Below are positions 55,653 through 64,000 of a stretch of DNA of 64,000 nt, piece by piece. Under the pieces are notes generated by a model that saw only the letters and a program-made list of their open reading frames with translations, did not search any database and was not told the origin of the DNA. A program made the position numbers and the translations under genes. The stretch's first letter is position 1. Every line of letters begins with the position of its first letter. This DNA is from an uncultured Nitrososphaeraceae archaeon (GTDB taxonomy: Archaea; Thermoproteota; Nitrososphaeria; Nitrososphaerales; Nitrososphaeraceae). The DNA lies in assembly GCA_963837175.1 (NCBI GenBank), contig CAWIMJ010000057.1, positions 96,001 to 160,000 on the forward strand, read 5' to 3'.

Positions 55653-55823
55653 CTAGAGATCATCTACATGATATTTTGACATACAACCCGTACATTCAAA
55701 TATTTCATCTCCTACTGGACCGCTGACATTGAACCTCACAATAGTAGTACATTTTGGACACCGACCTTCCACACTTCGAGTCTTTCTTTGTGGTTTAGCA
55801 GTTCTTCTCTTTCTACTGCCCAT
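55653..55823 (-). CDS. 56-aa zinc-ribbon microprotein with a basic N-terminal tail
   Basis: MGSRKRRTAKPQRKTRSVEGRCPKC...FECTGCMSKYHVDDL; tttataaa TATA box ~30 nt upstream; below the track cutoff. Confidence 0.8.
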   Translation of the reverse strand: MGSRKRRTAKPQRKTRSVEGRCPKCTTIVRFNVSGPVGDEIFECTGCMSKYHVDDL

Positions 55824-56129
55824 ATCTCGTATTATGGGAGCTTTTACCGTTTTATAAATTTGGTTAAATTATTGAATTAGTTTATTGTAGATATGTTTAT
55901 AGTCTTATATACAATCTTCATAAAAGCTCTAAGAAATACATACGTACCTAAATCACAAACTGAAACGATAGTATCGAAAAGAATAATGTCTCCGCCTTAC
56001 ATCAAGAAGTCTTCAGCAATATTGCAATGTTGACAGAAATTCTGAAAGATTTCTTTTCTGCGCGTCTCATTTGTTATTAGAGAAGCTATAAGGTCACCTT
56101 TTGAATCAACAAAATCTCAAGTGTAAGTA

Positions 56130-56435
56130 TTAACTGTAATCTACATAGTATTTGTACCTCCGTTCTACTTCTTTATTATTTCCTGCAAGAACCTTTTCAA
56201 TCTCTATTTTTAGATTATTATTTACATATTCACGAAATTGATCACCCTCTTTACTCTTTGGATATGTTGAAAGAGTATACTCGAAGTGCTTCATGAATTC
56301 AACTACTTTTGCTCTAAATTCTTCCTTTGTAGGCGTCTTATTTTCTGTCATTTTGAACCAGGTAGTTGCACATGCAGTAGAATATATCTTCGCGAGATCC
56401 TCAATCAAACGGTCTATCTCAAAGTAGTCTGGCAT
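56130..56435 (-). CDS. Hypothetical helical protein
   Basis: Clean 101-aa ATG ORF. Confidence 0.72.
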   Translation of the reverse strand: MPDYFEIDRLIEDLAKIYSTACATTWFKMTENKTPTKEEFRAKVVEFMKHFEYTLSTYPKSKEGDQFREYVNNNLKIEIEKVLAGNNKEVERRYKYYVDYS

Positions 56436-56985
56436 AGATTATTCGTTTCTATATCTAAGGTGAATCCTATAAATGATGCTAAAGGCCTTCTATGTCTGCT
56501 CGATTAGGAAATAGCTCTAATGGTAATCACCGTCAATATTAATAAATTTGATGGATTTCTCCAATAAGTGCATGGAAAGTTCCTCGCGCGAGAGAAAAAT
56601 AGATCTTTCTTCTTAGGACATCCAGAAAGTTAGAGTAATACTTTAAGATCTATATTATGATGCTTTGTGATAACTAATTACTATACTAAACAACCTTAGT
56701 TGAAGCAATCAACTTAGGCAAAGTATCCAGTATTAAGCTTCTCTAGTTCCTTAATCCTGTATTATCTATATTGAGTCATCTGATATAGAAATAATATTTG
56801 CTAGATCTCTTCAAAATTATATACTCAAAGGCAGAGCCCAGAATAGTATATGAACTAAAAATATTTACTCAATCTGTCTTGTAAAGTGATAATTTGGGCG
56901 AGACAACAAGATCACATTATTTATGTCCAAAAGATGCTTAATATATATTGAATTTTAATGAAGAAAAGATCTCACCTTGCAGCCT

Positions 56986-58710
56986 TTACCAATAACTCGC
57001 TTTGATCTTTTCTATTACCTTCTCATGTTCAGGACTTTTACTTCTTGCAAATTTTTCCATAGCAGTTAATGGCACTCCGCCTAGCGATCTCGCTAGTCCA
57101 GCAAAGAAAAGATTTTTGATCCTTTTTTCTCGGCCTACTTTGTGCATAAATTTTTGAATGCCATGTTTAAAGTTATGCTGCCAAGTCTTGTACATGACTC
57201 CTAATTTTGGTGGATCCATGGTGTTTCCAATATCAAAGAACTCTGATTTTTCGAGTAATCCTATTGGTACAAACGTTAGAGGAGTCACGGTAAATTTGGA
57301 ATCAGGTTGTTCCGTTTCAAGTTCATGTATAAGTCTTATGGTTTCCCAGCTATCATCGGGAGTCTCGTCGTTGTTTAGACCCATAATCAGAGTGAATGCT
57401 GGTACCCAATAATGTTCGTTTAGGGTTTTTACGGCCGTCTTTACAACCCAATGCCATTCGGATGGCTTATACGGAGCTAATTTTCGGTCCGCATATTTTC
57501 CTATTAATCTTGTACTTCCTGTTTCAAATCCACATTGAATACCAATATGATTATCTGGCCGTGCTTTAATTATCTTGGATATATTTGGAATTAATCTCTC
57601 ATCAGCAATTGCTCCCGCAAGAGTGCCATGTGTAGGATTAGTATGTTCAATTCCGGTAGCCATTATACCTGCAAATAGTTCTTCAATCGCTTCTCTGTTT
57701 GGTTGCATATTCTTTGTAGTTCTTGGATTTAATCCGTAGACGAAAATATCATCGCTGTGAACCCATGCATTCTTCAAACCACCGTATTTCATATTTATTT
57801 CGATTTCCTTTTGGACTTTCTCTACAGGATAGTATCTTAATGGTCTTAAAGTGACATCACAGAATTTACATCCGCGTCCACATCCTCTCATTACCTCAAT
57901 CATGCCATGCATACTTGGATTTACAATATTTGGGATCTCGTCAACTGATGGTTCGTCCCCATAATGTATGAATCTGCCATGGTAATTTTTGTCACTTCTG
58001 TTAAATTCCTTAATCTCTATTTTAAATTCTGTCTTTTTGAATGGGTTAGCGTTTTCCATTTCACCATGGATCAGCGCATCAAAAAATCTTCTACCTACAC
58101 CATCGATCTCTGGTGCGATACCGCCAAGGTCTCCTTCAAGAATTCCATAAAGACCATATTCCTCAATCTTAGCGGGATCGTAATTATATTGCCAGGTGCC
58201 CGACGCACCAGCAATTATTTTTGCCTTACTACCATTTTTAGTCTTGGCAGCATTTATCCTGTAGTGTAATTCTCTGTTGTAATATTCGTCGTATGACATT
58301 TGCTTCCGTCCATATGTGAATGTCATAGTAACAGGACCCATTCCAAGAGGATCCATCTCATATGTTCCCACTACTTCAGTTTCTGGGCCTATGAACTGTT
58401 CAATATAGTCTGGATGAGCAACTACAACGTCCTCTCGGGTATAACCGTCTCTTAAGAGTGATGCTTCTACTTTCCTTAGTCCATATGGTGCGTAATTAGC
58501 ACGTCCGTTTATACTTTCGATTGGATTGCATATAAAGTCAAAGAGGACTCTTGGAGTAACTTGGTTGCCCAATATATGATACCAAATAGAATTATGACTT
58601 CTATTCGTATCCAGAGCTGGTGCACAACCAAAAAACGATGCTAACGAGATACCTCTATAAGGAGACATTAAAGTTCGGTCAGCTGTCAAAACAACCTTTG
58701 GATGAGTCAT
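56986..58710 (-). CDS. Radical SAM protein resembling the cobalamin-dependent GDGT ring synthase (GrsA/B) family
   Basis: EVMRGCGRGCKFC; N-terminal VLTADRTLMS, APYGLRKVEA, MDPLGMGP; radical SAM call is firm, subfamily is recalled and unverified. Confidence 0.65.
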   Translation of the reverse strand: MTHPKVVLTADRTLMSPYRGISLASFFGCAPALDTNRSHNSIWYHILGNQVTPRVLFDFICNPIESINGRANYAPYGLRKVEASLLRDGYTREDVVVAHPDYIEQFIGPETEVVGTYEMDPLGMGPVTMTFTYGRKQMSYDEYYNRELHYRINAAKTKNGSKAKIIAGASGTWQYNYDPAKIEEYGLYGILEGDLGGIAPEIDGVGRRFFDALIHGEMENANPFKKTEFKIEIKEFNRSDKNYHGRFIHYGDEPSVDEIPNIVNPSMHGMIEVMRGCGRGCKFCDVTLRPLRYYPVEKVQKEIEINMKYGGLKNAWVHSDDIFVYGLNPRTTKNMQPNREAIEELFAGIMATGIEHTNPTHGTLAGAIADERLIPNISKIIKARPDNHIGIQCGFETGSTRLIGKYADRKLAPYKPSEWHWVVKTAVKTLNEHYWVPAFTLIMGLNNDETPDDSWETIRLIHELETEQPDSKFTVTPLTFVPIGLLEKSEFFDIGNTMDPPKLGVMYKTWQHNFKHGIQKFMHKVGREKRIKNLFFAGLARSLGGVPLTAMEKFARSKSPEHEKVIEKIKASYW

Positions 58711-59105
58711 AAATCTAAGTCCCTAATCAGTATGCAGTTAAAGATGGATAGATTTTAAGCTTTCCAATTGTGTCATCACCGTCAGACAATGCACTCCTTT
58801 AATATTTTCTTAAATAGAAAAGAAAGCAATATTACTGTATTTTGGATCTAGGATGAATTCTATTACTCAATTTGGAAATCCCGATCAATTTTCAAGTAAG
58901 GATAAAGTACCACGATATAGTTTTTGAAGCTAAAAACTGAGAAACATGTCTAGTAGAGGATGATTATTTCAACATGATTAGAGTATTATCATAAACGGTC
59001 TAACGTTAAAGTTTTGGCTGGTACATTTTAAGACACTAATGCATGTCAAGAATTACTGTTATAAGTATAAAAATGCAAATTAGAAGTGATTTGGGTAATA
59101 AGAAT

Positions 59106-59273
59106 TTATTTTTTAACTCCCAAAGATCTATTCTTTAGCCTCATCTGAGTGCCATGGCATTTTCTACATCGAGAAGAAGAAATCGGGTTCTTTCCGCCGC
59201 ATTTGAAGCAAATTTTGAAAAATAGTCTGCGTTGTTGCGCTATCTGTTTTTTTGTTGTATCGGTAATAGGCAT
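59106..59273 (-). CDS. rpl40e: Ribosomal protein eL40
   Basis: MPITD...FFKICFKCGGKNPISSSRCRKCHGTQMRLKNR; missed by the ORF track. Confidence 0.93.
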   Translation of the reverse strand: MPITDTTKKQIAQQRRLFFKICFKCGGKNPISSSRCRKCHGTQMRLKNRSLGVKK

Positions 59274-60087
59274 GATAGTTTATCCAGCCTCAGGTAAATT
59301 TCTACTTTTCTATTTTGAAACAGAAATTTAATATCTTTTCGGAATCTTATAAACTTCAATAGCAGACAAATACTACTATTATAGCAGACACAGTTTCATT
59401 TAATAATTAATGATCATTAGTATGGGCAAATAATCAAAAGAGAAATATCGGCTAGATATAATAAGTTTGAGTAACTTTCGTATAACTCTGAATTACTTAC
59501 GTATGACTTGCTGGCAAAGATGAGGCTGGCTACGATTTGAACACTATATAATCGATCTTGATAAAACGACTACCTCATTTTTTGAGAATATCATAACGTG
59601 TAGAGATTATACTACGTATCTTTTCTAGTTTTGAGTTCTTCAAGATGAATATGTCTGAGATCGTTAAGAGAGAAGTATATTTTATCCAATTTACATACCC
59701 ATTGCCCAGCTGATTATAGAGTTATTTTATAAATATAATTTCGTCATCATAACAATTCTAATATATTAGATTTTTTTCCTTTTATTATTATGATGTCCAA
59801 TTTAAACTATAACAAAGGGTTTTGTTGAGTATTGATAGAATGTAGAGGTTTTTGACCAATGAATGGAGAATATGCCATGACCAGAAACAGTTTTTGCTTT
59901 TATATGTTATGAACAGTATAATTCTGAGGGACATAACTTTTCTATTTTACACCTAGCTGCGATGTACTAGCCTCTACATTAGCTATTTTTATCGTGGGTG
60001 ACACTGAGTATTTATGAGATATAATAAAAAGAGTCATTAAAATTAACGGTTTTGCGGTTATACGTGGAGTAAAAAAGAGAGGAGCTA

Positions 60088-61760
60088 TTATCTAATAGTT
60101 ATTGAGCCCCTGGCAAAAGTCCCAATCGATCCATCAGTTAGTCTAATATATACATCTAGAAGATACTTCCCATTTTTGACATCATCTACGCTAAAGAAAA
60201 CTTTGCCATTATGAATATCTTTTTGGAGAAACTCACGGGGACCGATATCACCATTGTTTTTCATTTCTGATATTGCCGCAGACAAGATCTTTCCTATACC
60301 TATTAGCTTTACCTTAAATTCATTGTCATTCAGGATGAACGCTCCATTAAATTTGCTAAATGGCATATTATATTTTGCGTCTTGAGTATTTAGAACTCGC
60401 AAAACTAAGTTACGCTCTTTGTTATTACCAAACTCGATATGGATTCTTGGAACTTTAACAAGTGGTTTTTCGGCCTTTAGTGTATTGACGGTATCCTGGA
60501 TAACTTTGATCTGTGTAGGAGAGGTAGAATGAATTTTTACATTATTATAGTTATTGATTTTTGTATTGATATTATTTATGTTATTTATTATCTGATTGGA
60601 TACCTGAACAAGAGTTTGCTGGATATTTTGGCCCTTAGCTATTTGGGTACCTATCTGCGCGGTGGCTTGGCGAACTTCATCCGTGTTACCTTCAGCATAT
60701 TGTTTTGCTATTTGGAGTATTGCCTGTGCTACAGGACCCTTCGGATTACTAGCTACTTGTTGAGCTATCTGGTTTATAATCTGATCGGCATTTCCTCCAA
60801 CCTGTGCAGCCTGTAAAGCAATCTGTTGAATAGTTTGTTCTACGGTCGATGCACCTGCTTCTTCACTATCGCCTGTTGATTGTGCTTCAGTTGATGAATT
60901 TGCTATCTGGGTTGCAACTTGGTCTATCTGTTGGACTGCATCAACACCGGCAGCTTTTTGTATTGCTTCTTGTTCTATTGCTTGTGTAATATCTTCACCC
61001 GCTGCTTGTTCTAATGCACCTTGTTCTATTGCTTGTGTAGTATTCTCTCCTCCTGCTTGTTCTAATGCACCTTGTTCTATTCCTTGAATAATTTCATCTT
61101 CTCCTTCTTCTTGGCTTGTTACTAATTCAGATGATTTTTGTGCTGCTGCTAAATCTGTTTCCTGTCCAGTATTATTAGCATTTGTTTCATCTTCTGTTGT
61201 TGTTGCTGCTTAAATCTGTTTCCTGTCCAGTATTATTAGCATTTGTTTCATCTTCTGTTGTTGTTGTTGCTGTTAAATCTGTTTCCTGTCCAGTATTATT
61301 AGCATTTGTTTCATCTTCTGTTGTTGTTGCTGCTTAAATCTGTTTCCTGTCCAGTATTATTAGCATTTGTTTCATCTTCTGTTGTTGTTGTTGCTGCTAA
61401 ATCTGTTTCCTGTCCAGTATTATTAGCATTTGTTTCATCTTCTGTTGTTGTTGTTGCTGTTAAATCTGTTTCCTGTCCAGTATTATTAGCATTTGTTTCA
61501 TCTTCTGTTGTTGTTGTTGCTTCGACTACCTGCTTGTCAGTACTATCTTCATCATCTCTAACATCTTCTGTTGTTGTTGCTGTTAAATCTGTTTCCTGTC
61601 CAGTATTATTAGCATTTGTTTCATCTTGAGATGCTGTTTGATCTGTCTCTTCGTCAACTTGAGCGAGAGAAATAGGTGAAAAATTCCCTAGAGTTGTAGC
61701 AAGTGAAAGTAATAGTACAGCAATCAATGTTACAACTCCAATAGTTTTTTCGATTTTCAT
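60088..61760 (-). CDS. Secreted ~556-aa protein: Thr/Asn/Glu repeats, Gln/Ala-rich helical region, C-terminal beta-rich domain; two +1 insertions (about 61210 and 61334)
   Basis: Signal peptide; reading frame is open from about 61210 to 60088; 1673 nt minus 2 = 557 codons. Confidence 0.82.
61144..61627. repeat. Intragenic 60-63 bp tandem repeats (six contiguous plus one separated) encoding TTTEDETNANNTGQETDL(T/A)A
   Basis: Core aaatctgtttcctgtccagtattattagcatttgtttcatct seen seven times, with variable (gtt)n. Confidence 0.93.
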
Positions 61761-62428
61761 TTAAATGCAAATGATGAAAAGAAGATTGGATATTTAGACT
61801 TTACATATTATTGGCTCAATAAATCATCAGTTATTATAATAAGATTGGTTAAACTGTGCATGTTGTATGCGATATATCATAATGGTATTGTCTATTCTTC
61901 GTTCTAATTAACCTTGATGCAATGTGTTCTGAAAATAGTTGTTTTATCGTTTTAGTATATGGCTGAATCATTGTTTCTTTTTATTTTTATACTTCTCCAT
62001 TTTTCCTTTTTTATGTACGATGACGTATAATAATATGAAATTATATTAGTAATCGTCATGATGAAGCATACGTTATAATCCTTATGACTTGAATACGAAC
62101 AGCCTCAACTACAGTAATAGGAACCTCCATGATTAAGCATAGAACAATTGTATCTACAATCATCATAACACTTTTTGCACTGACCTAGCTCAGATAATGT
62201 ACGTGTTTATTTATTATGAATATTATTAAAAAATTCTTTAATTCCTCTATGTATATTGATAACAAGTATCACAAGATGACGGTCAACTCATTTTGGATGA
62301 TAAGAATATTCTTAGCTATATTTAGGATACTGAATTATCGAATTCACTACTATTTTTCTAAATTTTTTTCTAAACCCCATAACTACCACCGGAGGGCTTC
62401 CAATAAAATAGTTTTCCTTACTTATATC

Positions 62429-63175
62429 GGCTCTGTTAACTTTACCACCTCTGATCAATAAAAATTTCATAAATCGTATTCCTGTTCATTCCCATATGCA
62501 GGTACAAGACAAACATTTTCAACCAGTTATTGATGTGTTGTCTATCACATTTCTCTTTTCTACAAGGAAAATAGTCCTCAAAGCATTCTGTGTCCTGTCT
62601 TTTATTTTCTGAATAAACCTTTCCATTACATTCTTTAGCTCAGTACTATATACATGATATACATGATGATTTAATCGAAGCCATTTACAAGCATCATCAT
62701 TGTACCAATGAGCTCCATCAGTATGGATAGGTTTTCTACTGCCATATCTAGCCCTAAGTTGTTTGAAAAAGCGGTAACATATGAAAATGGTTCTTCTGTC
62801 TTTAGATAAGTACATCATCAAACACGAATTTATATTTGGTTCATACGCTATCCATAACCAATAATCTTGTCCATCTATTTGGATTAGTGTTTCATCAACA
62901 AATATTTCCTTGACTAAATGTTTATTTATTTACTTACTTTAAATCTGTCAGCACAATTAGCGTATTTCTGAACCCATTTCCAGATCGATACATGTGTCCT
63001 TTTAATTATGAGATCTAAACATTTTGATGCACATCGATAGCTCCTGGAATTAAAATATAGGTACAATCCATAAGATATTACAGCTGGGTGTTGTCTTATT
63101 GCGTTCTATTTGGTCAATGAAATGCTAGGATACATCTAGCTATATGTATTACATAATGCTTAAGTTAACAGAGCC
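62429..63175 (-). mobile_element. IS6-family insertion sequence, 747 bp, transposase pseudogenised
   Basis: Perfect 14-bp TIR GGCTCTGTTAACTT; flanks CTTATATC / CTTCTATC (8 bp, 1 mismatch); VDETLIQIDGQDYWLWIAYEP, HTDGAHWY, MERFIQKIKDRT. Confidence 0.92.
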
Positions 63176-63374
63176 CTTCTATCTATCATTAGCCTAGAAG
63201 AAATTCCTCAACTCAACATTATCGCTGTGCATTAGCGATACACAATAGAGATGTATAAAAATCAAAGTCTCGATTCATTTTCAGATTTAATTAATCTTGT
63301 TTCCTCAAATAAAATGGTCAGATCTATAATTTCGTCGTAAAATTTTTTTGGCGGCTTTAGCAAATATATTCATA

Positions 63375-64000
63375 TTGTCTCCTCGCTTTAGATTTTTCAA
63401 GAAGAAAGATAATCTCGCAGAAATCAGACCCTCTATTGATAATGACCAAACGACAAACTTTACCAACATAAGCACTACAGAAGCTTTAGAGAAATTATCT
63501 AAGATTGAATCAGAAAATGCCCGAGTTTTATCAAATAATCTTTCTCCCATTAAGGAAGATGTCACTAGGATCCTAAAGTCAATACAAAAAGTAGCAGATG
63601 AACTCGAAAAAGATAATATTAAACTAGAAGAGGACAGGTTTAAATCAATTGTACAGAATTCAAAAGCAACAGTAGTAACTTCTTTAAAAAGAGAGGCTTC
63701 TTCAGTTCTGCCTCTGCCACATTCTCCTTATGAAGCAAAAAAGTTCCAAGAGAGATTAGAGTCTATCGTGAATCGTTTTGGTGAAGTCAGTGGTTCTCAC
63801 AGTAAGGTTTTTAATATCTTTATGAAGAAATATGCTGGAAAGCTAAAGGACGAATTTGAGAGACTTTCCTCGCTCTTAGAAGATACAAAATCTGTTATTA
63901 CAGATTTTGAACTAGAATTAGGTGTAATCCTAGAATGCAGAAACCTCCTAAATACAATTTCTCAAAAAACAACTTCTGTAAAATCAAACAATCTAGAATT
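63375..64000 (+). CDS. Coiled-coil hypothetical protein, runs off the window end
   Basis: Open frame from TTG 63375 to the edge (LSPRFRFFKKK...KKYAGKLKDEFE). Confidence 0.75.
   Translation, partial: MSPRFRFFKKKDNLAEIRPSIDNDQTTNFTNISTTEALEKLSKIESENARVLSNNLSPIKEDVTRILKSIQKVADELEKDNIKLEEDRFKSIVQNSKATVVTSLKREASSVLPLPHSPYEAKKFQERLESIVNRFGEVSGSHSKVFNIFMKKYAGKLKDEFERLSSLLEDTKSVITDFELELGVILECRNLLNTISQKTTSVKSNNLE

Noticed and set aside
8728-58269. Many short antisense or nested track ORFs within rpo, acc, ribosomal, GGR, glmS and radical SAM genes
   Set aside because: They fully overlap well-supported genes and have no independent motifs
59149-59331. Plus-strand 60-aa track ORF
   Set aside because: Antisense shadow of rpl40e
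61144-61627. Regularly spaced repeats as a CRISPR array
   Set aside because: No unique spacers; the units are codon-phased inside a signal-peptide ORF; no cas genes nearby
60529-61629. Hydrophobic plus-strand track ORFs (60529-60816, 61306-61629)
   Set aside because: Antisense shadows of the repeat-protein gene

Overview
AT-rich chromosomal segment of an ammonia-oxidising archaeon (Nitrososphaerota, most like soil Nitrososphaeraceae), judged from the unsplit RNA polymerase Rpo1 (A'+A''), the acetyl/propionyl-CoA carboxylase operon, a PEFG-CTERM protein and intron-containing tRNAs. Core content: rpoH-rpoB-rpoA-rpl30e-nusA-rps12-rps7, RFC large subunit, acc operon, prx-iscS-larE-larC and a separated larB, mdh, rpl18-rps5-rpl30-rpl15-secY-adk-DUF106-cmk-cbf5, GGR, translin, Hjc-like nuclease, nnrE, cobT, glmS, a Grs-like radical SAM protein, rpl40e, tRNA-His(GTG) and tRNA-Ser(GGA). 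Accessory content: an IS5/ISH1-like and an IS6 element with terminal inverted repeats and 8-bp target duplications, older IS6 relics, a decayed integrase/two-component island (about 29.4-35.6 kb), three secreted repeat proteins, and several Cys/His microproteins below the ORF-track cutoff. Best leads: (1) a hypothetical protein after rps7 with a divergent class I isoprenoid-synthase motif set; (2) a nickel-pincer cofactor pathway with a CxxC..C LarE fed by an adjacent cysteine desulfurase and no LarA client in view; (3) a Grs-like radical SAM enzyme; (4) metal-binding microproteins. Five single-base insertions, one of them in an essential ribosomal gene, look like consensus or base-calling artefacts, so frameshifts in this window need caution. 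All protein family calls come from motif recognition by eye, with no database search.
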